NCBI GenBank assembly: GCA_003021725.1
Contig: PXRA01000065.1
Span: 118-64,117, forward strand
Reading direction: 5' to 3'
Length of the DNA stretch: 64,000 bases
Source: Halobacteriales archaeon QH_8_64_26
Lineage (GTDB): Archaea; Halobacteriota; Halobacteria; Halobacteriales; Halococcaceae
Part shown: piece after piece, positions 32,698-40,561 of the stretch
Layout of the letters: each line of letters starts with the position of its first letter
How positions within the stretch are numbered: position 1 is the first letter of the stretch
Position numbers and translations under genes: made by a program
Notes under the pieces: model-generated
What the model was told of the DNA's origin: nothing
The model's input: only the letters and a program-made list of their open reading frames with translations
Database searches by the model: none

Positions 32698-34176
32698 ATG
32701 GGACGCGATGGATCGTATCGATCGGCGACCGCGATCGCCGCGGCGATTCGAGAAGGGGAACGCTCGGCACTTTCGGTGATCGAGGCGACCTTCGATCGGA
32801 TCGAGGCCCGCAACGAGGCCACCAATGCCTTCTGTACGATCGCCCCCGACCGCGCCCGCGAGAGCGCACGCGACGTCGATCGCGCGATAGCGGCGGGCGA
32901 GACGGTCGGCCCGCTCGCCGGAGTTCCCATAGGAGTCAAGGACCTGATCGACGTCGCCGGGATGCGCACGACCTACGGATCGATGGCCTTCGCCGAGCAC
33001 ACTCCCGAGAGGAGCGCCCTCGTCGTCTCGCGGCTCGAAGCCGCGGGGGCGGTGATCGTCGGGAAGACGAACACCCCCGAGTTCGGTCGCAAGCCGATGA
33101 CGAGCAACCTCCTGTTCGGCACGACGGCGAATCCTTGGAACACCGATCGAACGGCTGGCGGTTCCTCGGGAGGGAGTGCTGCGGCGCTCGCCGATGGCCT
33201 CGTTCCGCTGGCGCTTGGCACCGACGCCGCCGGCTCGCTCCGAGTTCCCTCGAGTGCGTGTGGCACCTACGCGCTCGTCCCGGAGTTCGGGCGCATCGCC
33301 CGCGGTCCGGCGTCTACCAGAACCGACGCGTTCGTTCCGATCCAACCCTACGGTCACGTCGGGCCGATGAGCCGAACGGTAGCGGACACCGCCCTCGCGC
33401 TCGACGTGCTCGCGGGCCCACACCCGGCCGATCCCCACAGCCTCCCCGAGCAACCGGCGGCGGAGCCCTACCGCGAGGTGGTCCGATCGATCGAGGACGA
33501 CCAGCCCCTCGACGGCCTCGATATCGCGTATAGTCCCGACCTGGGTATCGGCCGCTACGAGGAGGGAATCGGGCGCACGGTCGCCGACGCAGTGGAGACC
33601 TTCGAAGCCGCCGGCGCGGACGTCAGCAGTATCGAATCGGTCTTCGAGGACTCCTGGCAGACCCTCTTCGAAGCGCTGAGCACGCTCCTTCAGGTCCGCT
33701 ATGCGGGCTTGTACGACGACTTGGGGCGAAACGCGGGTATCGATCTCCTCGATCCCGGTCCCGAGGTCGAAATCACCGGGGAAGTCACTTCGCGGATCGC
33801 GAAGGCAATGGAGGTGAGCGCGATCGATTTCAAGCGCGCCGAGCGAGTCCGGACGAGTGCCTACGACGCGATACAGGACGTCTTCGAGCGCTACGACCTG
33901 CTCTGTACACCCCTGCTCACGACCGTACCCTTCCCAAAGGATACCGAACCGACGGCGATCGACGGCGAGGCGATCCACCCGCTGCACGGCTGGCATCTCG
34001 CCTGGCCGCTCAATCTCACCGGCAACCCCGCGGCCTCGCTTCCGGCGGGGTTCGTCGACGAGCTGCCCGTCGGCCTCCAGGTTATCGGTCCCCGCCGTGC
34101 TGATGAGTGGGTGCTCCGGGCGAGTGCAGTCTTCGAGCGCGAACGATCCTGGCGGGACGCCTACCCGCCACGATAG
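32698..34176 (+). CDS. amidase (amidase-signature family)
   Basis: ATG at 32698. GVPIGVKDLIDVAGMRTTYGS and GGSSGGSAAALA are amidase signatures. Confidence 0.9.
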   Translation: MGRDGSYRSATAIAAAIREGERSALSVIEATFDRIEARNEATNAFCTIAPDRARESARDVDRAIAAGETVGPLAGVPIGVKDLIDVAGMRTTYGSMAFAEHTPERSALVVSRLEAAGAVIVGKTNTPEFGRKPMTSNLLFGTTANPWNTDRTAGGSSGGSAAALADGLVPLALGTDAAGSLRVPSSACGTYALVPEFGRIARGPASTRTDAFVPIQPYGHVGPMSRTVADTALALDVLAGPHPADPHSLPEQPAAEPYREVVRSIEDDQPLDGLDIAYSPDLGIGRYEEGIGRTVADAVETFEAAGADVSSIESVFEDSWQTLFEALSTLLQVRYAGLYDDLGRNAGIDLLDPGPEVEITGEVTSRIAKAMEVSAIDFKRAERVRTSAYDAIQDVFERYDLLCTPLLTTVPFPKDTEPTAIDGEAIHPLHGWHLAWPLNLTGNPAASLPAGFVDELPVGLQVIGPRRADEWVLRASAVFERERSWRDAYPPR

Positions 34177-34239
34177 GTCCCGTGCTGATTCGAATCATTG
34201 CTCTCGATCGCCGCTGGTTTCCCGCATCGGCCGGTAGCC

Positions 34240-34676
34240 GATACTCGCGGTCGCTCAGCGCTTCTCCGTCGGGTTGATCCTCGTGATCGGCGAACCCGAC
34301 GGGTTCGCAGGTCCTTTTCTCGTCGGTGCGATGCGGAATCTTTACTAGCGCTTTGCTCCCGCGCGAGGCTCTCGTAGACGTCGGCATGGCGTTCTCGACC
34401 GATCTCGGCGAGGCGACGTCGGCAGTGACGAGCGCGGTTCGCTTGTTCCCGTCGACGAACGGATGCTCGGCTGCGAGCAATCGCACGAGACGAGCCCCCT
34501 TTTGTGAACCGTTCCCGGCACCTGCTCGAAGTACCCCCTCCCCCGACGTAGGTGAGTGCCGAGGACACCGCTTTCGGGGTACGGACGCTCGGGTCGGTCC
34601 CTCGATCGCTGGCCACGATGTCGGCGCGGATAGCGAGTACGTCCTCGCCGGTCGGATACTCCGGATCGTCGGTTAC
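34240..34676 (-). pseudogene. decayed Fic/Doc (death-on-curing) toxin gene
   Basis: Hand translation of the minus strand. VTDDPEYPTGEDVLAIRADIVASDRGTDP...ALTYVGGG is in one frame, GYFEQVPGTVH in a second and KGARLVRLLAAEHPFVDGNKRTALVTADV in a third. The HPFVDGNKR Doc motif is at 34439..34465. No canonical start; the lower boundary is approximate. Confidence 0.6.
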
Positions 34677-34690
34677 GCTCGTCTCACACC

Positions 34691-35239
34691 TCAGCCCAGA
34701 TCCTCGGGCTGAGTTCCGATGCCCTCGGGCCAGCCCGGCGGCTGGGCGGCCGACGGTCCGGCGTATTCAAGTTCGGTCGTGACGATGCCGACGTGTTCGC
34801 GGGAATCGAGTTCCCGCTTCGAGCGCACCTCGCTCTCGGCGAAGATCGTATCGCCGTGAAAGACCGGGCCGTGATGTCTCACCTCGTCGTAGCCCAGGTT
34901 GGCAGTGGCGTTCGTCGAGACGTCAACAACGCTCATGCCCACGGCCAAAGCGATCACGAACGGCCCGTCGACGAGCCGCTCGCCGAACTCGGTTTCGGCG
35001 GCGTAGGGCTCGTTGAAGTGCATCGGATTGGCGTTGAGGGTGAGATTGGTGAACCAGACGTTGTCCGTCTCGGTTACCGTCCGGCCGTAGGGATGTTTGT
35101 AGATATCGCCCACCGCGAAATCCTCGTAGTACCGGCCCTGCCAGCCGGGAACGAGGCGGCGGTCGTCAGCGTCGTTCTCACCGGTATCGCCTCCGTTCGG
35201 GTCGGAGTCGTCACCGTCATAGTCGTTATCGGTCGCCAT
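34691..35239 (-). CDS. MaoC-like (R)-hydratase/dehydratase
   Basis: Hot-dog fold pattern YEDFAVGDIY, WFTNLTLNANPMHF, VRHHGPVFHGDT. Acidic N-terminal extension. Confidence 0.85.
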   Translation of the reverse strand: MATDNDYDGDDSDPNGGDTGENDADDRRLVPGWQGRYYEDFAVGDIYKHPYGRTVTETDNVWFTNLTLNANPMHFNEPYAAETEFGERLVDGPFVIALAVGMSVVDVSTNATANLGYDEVRHHGPVFHGDTIFAESEVRSKRELDSREHVGIVTTELEYAGPSAAQPPGWPEGIGTQPEDLG

Positions 35240-35330
35240 CGCTCCCTAACTCGCTTACCATCGGATTAAACGTTCGCCGTCGGTACGCCGATAGCAATCG
35301 AGCGTTTCCGGAACCGACAGGCGAAACCGA

Positions 35331-35702
35331 GTGCCCGCCCTCGAACGATACGTGACTTCTTCGAGCGATCCCGAAGGAACCGACACCATCGAGGTCCCGA
35401 TCGAGAACTGGGAGGCCGTCCTCGTCAATCTCGAACGCTTCGCCGGCGAGCGCGGCGCGGTTTCGACAACCGAGGAGAAAGCGTCCTATGAGGTCGGGAA
35501 CGCCCGCTTCGAGATCCAACGAAGCGGCGTCGTGAGCGCCGGGATGCCGCTTCACGATCTAGATGGCATGGAGGCGGCAGTACTCCGATTCGACCACGCG
35601 AACGGCGCGCTCACCGTCCTCGCCGGAACCGAGGGGGGCGATGCTAAAGAGGGGGATGACGAAGGGACTGAACGTTTCGAGTATACCTTCAGGCGGCCGT
35701 AA
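35331..35702 (+). CDS. hypothetical acidic protein
   Basis: 123-aa ORF with a GTG start and halophile-like acidic composition. No recognisable motif. Confidence 0.55.
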   Translation: MPALERYVTSSSDPEGTDTIEVPIENWEAVLVNLERFAGERGAVSTTEEKASYEVGNARFEIQRSGVVSAGMPLHDLDGMEAAVLRFDHANGALTVLAGTEGGDAKEGDDEGTERFEYTFRRP

Positions 35703-35777
35703 GGACCGATGTCTTCCAGGGAAAGTACAAGTAGTCGAGAACGATAACTAGGAGACAGCGCACCGGAGTCCCTATCG

Positions 35778-36242
35778 ATGTCAGAGCCCCGCTCCCGACC
35801 GTCGTTCGCCATCCCGCAGCGTCCCGAGCGCCGGTTCTCGCGATCGGACGGGCTCTCCTACGAGGGAACGACGGTGTTCGTGCTCACGCCCGATTCGGTG
35901 CCCGAGGACGTCCCCGATACGGACGGATGGTTGTACGACCGTCTCGAAGGCGTGCTCGATACGGATCCCTACACCTACGGCGACTGGTTCGACCTCCCGA
36001 TGCCGGTGCTGTTGGTTCACGATCGGGAGACGGGAGACGTTTTCCGGGTAGCGATCCGCGATGGCACCGTTGAGTTCCACGTCCTGCCCGACACCGACTC
36101 GGAGGGACTGGCGGCCCTCTACGAGCGGTTGTGTGGAGTCGCCGAGACCGGCACTGGCACGGATACCAGTACCGACACTAACCCGACGGGAGGATCGGCC
36201 GGGGCCTGGCACGTCGAGTGTCGGACCGGCGGCGGGTCGTGA
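35778..36242 (+). CDS. hypothetical acidic protein
   Basis: 154-aa ORF with acidic composition and a T/G-rich tail. No recognisable motif. Confidence 0.55.
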   Translation: MSEPRSRPSFAIPQRPERRFSRSDGLSYEGTTVFVLTPDSVPEDVPDTDGWLYDRLEGVLDTDPYTYGDWFDLPMPVLLVHDRETGDVFRVAIRDGTVEFHVLPDTDSEGLAALYERLCGVAETGTGTDTSTDTNPTGGSAGAWHVECRTGGGS

Positions 36243-36286
36243 GGCCGTTCCACAACCGATTTGCCCTCTCCGGTCTCCTCGCAGGC

Positions 36287-37510
36287 ATGACCGTCTCTCG
36301 TGAGGTGGAATTGGAAGGTCACATCATCGACTCGGGGATGATGCAGGCCTGTTTCGGCATCGTCATGGATCTCGGAGGTTCCTTCGAGGTCGAGGAGTTC
36401 GAGGTCGGGCGCTCGGAAACCGCGGAGTCCTACGCCCGAATGTCCGTGAGCGCCGACAGCGAGGGTGCACTCCGCTCGATCGTCCACGAACTCCACCAGA
36501 ACGGCGCGAACCTCTCCGATCCGGTTGACGCGACTCTCGAACCCGCGCCCGCCGATCAGGTGGTCCCGCCGAACTTCTACTCGACGACCAACCACCCGAC
36601 CGAGATCCGCCACGAGGGCCAGTGGCTCCTTGTCGAGCGCATCGAGATGGACTGTGCGGTCGTGATCGATTCCGAGGAGGGGAGAGCCTACACCAAGGTG
36701 CTCAACGCCATCGAGGAAGGGGATCTGATCGTCACTGGTGAGGCCGGCATTCGCGTCAGTCCTCCCGAACGCCCTCGAAGTAGGGAGGGAGCCTTCGGGT
36801 TCATGGAGGGTGGGGTTTCGAGCGAACGGCCCTCCCGGTCGACGATCGCGCGGGTGGCAGACGCCATCCGCGAGACCAAACGCGAGGACGGCTCGATCCT
36901 CGTCGTTCCCGGGCCGGCACTGGTTCATTCAGGTGCTCGGGACGACCTCGCCCGGTTGGTGAGTGAGGGGTATATCGATGCACTGTCCGCGGGCAATGGC
37001 TTCGCGGTCCACGACCTCGAACGCGATCTCTATGGCACGTCCCTCGGGGTCGATACCGAGACGCTCGATCACCCGCGGAAGGGCCACAAACATCACATCT
37101 ACGCGATCAGCGAGATCATCCGCGCCGGGGGGATCACTGAAGCCGTCGCGTCGGGGCTGGTCGAGTCGGGCGTGATGTATCGATGTGTCCAAGAGGGCGT
37201 GCCCTACGTGCTCGCGGGGTCGATCCGGGACGATGGCCCCTTGCCCGATACGATCACCGACGCGGTAGAAGCTCAAGATGCCATCCGCGAGCAGGCCCAC
37301 GAGGCCGACCTGGTGCTCATGCTTTCGACCTTGCTGCACTCGGTGGCCGTCGGGAACTGCCTGCCCTCCTCGACTCGGGTGATCTGTGTGGACATCGACC
37401 CGGCGACCGTCACTCAATTACTCGATCGCGGGAGCGCCCAGGCCGTGGGGATGGTCACCGATATCGGGACGTTCGTACCGATGCTAGCGGAGCAATTACT
37501 GGAAGAATAG
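36287..37510 (+). CDS. TIGR00300-family protein (LOR/SDH N-domain; putative archaeal-type ornithine cyclodeaminase)
   Basis: ATG at 36287. VELEGHIIDSGMMQACFGIVMDLGGSFEVEEF matches the LOR/SDH conserved N-domain. The C-terminal Rossmann-like part is typical of TIGR00300. Confidence 0.8.
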   Translation: MTVSREVELEGHIIDSGMMQACFGIVMDLGGSFEVEEFEVGRSETAESYARMSVSADSEGALRSIVHELHQNGANLSDPVDATLEPAPADQVVPPNFYSTTNHPTEIRHEGQWLLVERIEMDCAVVIDSEEGRAYTKVLNAIEEGDLIVTGEAGIRVSPPERPRSREGAFGFMEGGVSSERPSRSTIARVADAIRETKREDGSILVVPGPALVHSGARDDLARLVSEGYIDALSAGNGFAVHDLERDLYGTSLGVDTETLDHPRKGHKHHIYAISEIIRAGGITEAVASGLVESGVMYRCVQEGVPYVLAGSIRDDGPLPDTITDAVEAQDAIREQAHEADLVLMLSTLLHSVAVGNCLPSSTRVICVDIDPATVTQLLDRGSAQAVGMVTDIGTFVPMLAEQLLEE

Positions 37511-37593
37511 CCGGCTCGAGTAGACGATATCGAGGACGAATCAATAGCGATCTCGAAAGGCCCTGGAACTCTCGACTCCCGCGGCTCGCTGTC

Positions 37594-37680
37594 GTTCAAA
37601 AGACGCGAAGCCTCTTTTGTGATAACGAGACGGCTTCGCCGTCTCGAACCATGCGCCTCGCTCACTACCGTTCGCTCACG
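37594..37680 (+). repeat. copy of the two-hairpin intergenic repeat
   Basis: GTTCAA-[hairpin 37597..37619]-TGATAA-[CGAGACGGC-TTC-GCCGTCTCG, 37626..37646]-AACCATGCG aligns to the minus strand of 59713..59779. Confidence 0.6.
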
Positions 37681-37783
37681 TGCTTGCTTCACCGGGGTTC
37701 GCCGATAGTTCCAGCCCCTTTTAGTCCCGCCCGCTGGTGGTTTTTCGAGTTATCGCTTATCGGAGGGTATCAGTGGGACGACT

Positions 37784-39286
37784 TCACTCCTCGTCAGTCA
37801 TCTCCTGTCCGCCATCGGCGACCGTCGCCTCGCCGCCGGTAAACCGTTCCATGTCCCGCGTCGCTGCCTGCTTGATCTCCTCGACGGTGAACGTCTCGCC
37901 GGCCGAGTACAGATAACTCACGAGGACGATCGTCACGAGCGCGGCGATCGTCGCCGGCACTGCGGATTCGAGCGGCCCTTCGCCGAGCAGCGCCGGTTCG
38001 CCGAGCCCGAAGTGCCAGAGAGCGAATACTAACCCGCCGACGACGAACCCGGGGAGGCCGGCTTCGCGTTTGGTACCGTCCCAGAACATCGCGAGGATGC
38101 CCGCGAAAAGCACTGACATGATCCCCAGGCCGATGCTCTCGACGGCGACGATCCGGATCCCGCTGAGGGCGATCAGCGCCGCGCCGATGCCGAAGACCAA
38201 GATTGCACTGCGGGTCATCCTGACGAGATGGGCCTCGGAGACCCCCTCGCTGCCGCCGCGATAGGGGAGATACAGATCGTTGACGAAGGTGGTCGCGCCG
38301 GCGAGCAGGAACGAATCCGCGCCGCTCATCACGCCGCCGACCGCCGCGGCGAGCAACAGGCCCGCGAACACCGGCGGCAGGGTGTTCTGAAGCGTCCAGG
38401 CAAAGGCCAAGGAAGAATCGATCCCTGCGCCCTGTGCCTGTGCGATCAGCCCGGCGGTCGCAGTCAGGATTCCGTAGCCGGTGATAACCAGTCCGGAGAG
38501 GAAGACCCCGATCTTCGCGACGCGGGCGTTTTTCGCCGCCCACGTCCGTTGCAGGAGGTGCTGTTGGGCACCCGCGACGGTGATGTAGAGTAGATACCAG
38601 CTGGCGATCTGGACGAGACCAACCCCGAACCAGTTCGTTCCTGAGGGGGATAGCTGGCTGCTGACCGCCCCGATCCCGCCGGCATTCGATAGGGCGACCG
38701 GGATCGCGACGACCATGCCGACGATGATGACGATGCCATGGAAGGTATCGGCCCACGCGACCGAGCTCATCCCGCCCCAAACTGTGATGCCGACGAACAC
38801 GAGCGTGCTAATCCAAAACCCCACCTGCAGGGAGATGTCGGTCACTGTTGCGATGATCGTCGCCATCCCGATCGTCTGGGCGGCAGTCAAAGAGATCTGG
38901 CCGATCAGGGTGAACAGGGCGGCGAAATACTTGGTGTACGAGCCGAACACTCGCCCTAAGAGATCCGGCGTGCTCACGACGTCGAAGCCATAGAGCACGC
39001 CGATGAAAGTAGAGACCGTTATCCAGGCCAGGCCCTGGCTCATCGCGTACCACTGGGCGCTGATCCCCTCGATGAAGGCCTTCTGTGCGATGCCCATCGT
39101 AAGGCCGCCGCCGACGAACGTCGAGAAATAGGTCATCGTGAAGGGAAGTAACTCCAGGTTCTTGCCTGCCAAGGTGAAATCGACGTAGCCACTGCTCGCC
39201 CCGCGACCGAACCACCACGCGACGAGGATCGTCCCCGCGAAGTACAGCGCCATCGTCACGACGATGGGATCGGTCAAACTCACCAT
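37784..39286 (-). CDS. sodium:solute symporter family transporter
   Basis: 500 aa with about 13 TM helices, SSS-like, and an acidic C-terminal tail. Confidence 0.85.
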   Translation of the reverse strand: MVSLTDPIVVTMALYFAGTILVAWWFGRGASSGYVDFTLAGKNLELLPFTMTYFSTFVGGGLTMGIAQKAFIEGISAQWYAMSQGLAWITVSTFIGVLYGFDVVSTPDLLGRVFGSYTKYFAALFTLIGQISLTAAQTIGMATIIATVTDISLQVGFWISTLVFVGITVWGGMSSVAWADTFHGIVIIVGMVVAIPVALSNAGGIGAVSSQLSPSGTNWFGVGLVQIASWYLLYITVAGAQQHLLQRTWAAKNARVAKIGVFLSGLVITGYGILTATAGLIAQAQGAGIDSSLAFAWTLQNTLPPVFAGLLLAAAVGGVMSGADSFLLAGATTFVNDLYLPYRGGSEGVSEAHLVRMTRSAILVFGIGAALIALSGIRIVAVESIGLGIMSVLFAGILAMFWDGTKREAGLPGFVVGGLVFALWHFGLGEPALLGEGPLESAVPATIAALVTIVLVSYLYSAGETFTVEEIKQAATRDMERFTGGEATVADGGQEMTDEE

Positions 39287-39468
39287 TGCACACCACCCCG
39301 GTACGATCGCCCTCCTCGGCCGTGCGGTCGGTCATCGGCGCCGTCGCTGACGTCGGTCATCTCCTCCTGGACGTGTACCGGCCTCGTTAAAACGACCTGG
39401 GGCTGTTAATACACGCTATTGATACCGGGTAGGCTCCGCTGCCGGCTCGAGCGACCCCGATTTCGACC

Positions 39469-39849
39469 TCACTTCTCGTCGGTTAGCCGATCGCCGACCG
39501 ACTCGCCTGCCCGAGCAGCGTACGCCATCGCGGGCGAGATCACGATAGTGACGACACCCGAAGCCGCCAGCGCGACGCCGACGGACTGGAGCGCACCCGA
39601 TGATCCATCACCGCTCAGCACCATCACTGCGGCTACGGTGGCCGAGACGAGCCAGGCTTCCGGCGGGTATGGCGACTCGTCGAGCACGTACCACCCTCCC
39701 AGAAGTAACACAGCGATCGCGGCGAACACACCGAAGAGCGCCATCGACGGCTCGAACCCGACGGAACCGAGCGCGAGGACCACCCCGCTGGCGACGAACA
39801 GAACGAGTGCCCCCCGCCTCGTCTCCCTGCGGAGATCGCTGGCCATCAT
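39469..39849 (-). CDS. membrane protein (4 TM)
   Basis: 126-aa ORF with four hydrophobic helices. Confidence 0.55.
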   Translation of the reverse strand: MMASDLRRETRRGALVLFVASGVVLALGSVGFEPSMALFGVFAAIAVLLLGGWYVLDESPYPPEAWLVSATVAAVMVLSGDGSSGALQSVGVALAASGVVTIVISPAMAYAARAGESVGDRLTDEK

Positions 39850-39943
39850 CAGCCGTTACTGTTGGATAGAGTAAATAACTACGGACGACGATCGTTCGGT
39901 CGATCCCGTCCGCTCGACAGCGACGGCGTGCGGACGACGAGGG

Positions 39944-39950
39944 TTTATAT
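39944..39950 (+). promoter_or_regulatory. TATA-like box TTTATAT upstream of the ABM gene
   Basis: Centred about 30 nt before ATA 39977, which is consistent with a leaderless transcript. Confidence 0.35.
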
Positions 39951-39976
39951 TTCGCTCGCCTGTCAACGCTGGTGCA

Positions 39977-40282
39977 ATATTAGTCGTTCATGCGACGTTT
40001 CCGGTCGATCCCGATAGCCACGAGAGAGCACTCGATCTAGTCCGAGACCTCGCCGAGCAGTCCCGCGCGGAGGAGGACGTCGTCGACTACCGGGTCGCGA
40101 CCGACGTCGAGGACGGGACCGTCTTTCGCTTCTTCGAGCGCTACGAGGACGAAGCGGCCTTCGGTGCCCACGCCGAGAGCGATCACTTCGGGGAGTTCGA
40201 GGCAGCGCTTCCCGAGTTGCTCGCCGGCGAGCCCCAGATCTCCCGTTTCGACGTGAGCAACGCTTCCGAAGCTGATCTCTGA
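39977..40282 (+). CDS. antibiotic-biosynthesis-monooxygenase (ABM) domain protein lacking a canonical start codon
   Basis: Hand translation gives (I)LVVHATFPVDPDSHERALDLVRDLAEQSR...FRFFERYEDEAAFGAHAESDHFGEF...FDV, TGA at 40280. The frame is open from 39875, but the first ATG/GTG/TTG is TTG at 40217, so it is absent from the ORF track. ATA at 39977 sits where the initiator is expected. Confidence 0.6.
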   Translation: MLVVHATFPVDPDSHERALDLVRDLAEQSRAEEDVVDYRVATDVEDGTVFRFFERYEDEAAFGAHAESDHFGEFEAALPELLAGEPQISRFDVSNASEADL

Positions 40283-40435
40283 GGCGATTACCACACCTGG
40301 ACTACGAAACGGGGCGGCTTCGCGCTCCAATGCGGTAGTTCGATGCTAGGCGGGCTACGTTATCCGATCTCGATTACCCGGCGTCGCCCGGTCGCCCGAA
40401 CCCGATGCGAGACGGGAGGCTTCCGGTCGTCCGCG

Positions 40436-40561
40436 TCACTCCATCCGCGATTCGGATAGCACGGCGTAGATCTCGTAGCCGAACACGCCTGCGACGAGCA
40501 CGATCGCCCCCCACACCAGTGCTGCGAAGGTCCCGGGGCCGATCGCGACGGGCGCGATCAT
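40436..40561 (-). CDS. candidate 41-aa single-TM micro-protein coupled to the SSS transporter
   Basis: Hand translation gives MIAPVAIGPGTFAALVWGAIVLVAGVFGYEIYAVLSESRME. Its ATG overlaps the TGA of the upstream SSS gene (ATGA at 40558..40561). Confidence 0.4.
   Translation of the reverse strand: MIAPVAIGPGTFAALVWGAIVLVAGVFGYEIYAVLSESRME

Noticed and set aside
32167-33996. 609-aa ORF antisense to the GlcG-like and amidase genes.
   Set aside because: Arg-rich junk composition, while the sense frames carry clear DUF336 and amidase signatures.
34187-34196. tRNA T-loop-like GATTCGAATC, and GGTTCGATCTCC (minus strand of 15044..15055).
   Set aside because: No matching T-stem, acceptor stem or anticodon arm could be built around either. 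No tRNA or rRNA was found in the window.
39287-39360. Short minus-strand ORFs upstream of the SSS gene at 37784..39286, considered as a possible small-subunit gene.
   Set aside because: The encoded peptides (for example MTDVSDGADDRPHGRGGRSYRGGVQW) are not hydrophobic and have no coupling signal.
40037-40330. 97-aa ORF listed on the minus strand.
   Set aside because: It is the antisense shadow of the ABM-domain frame on the plus strand, which has the recognisable fold motifs.
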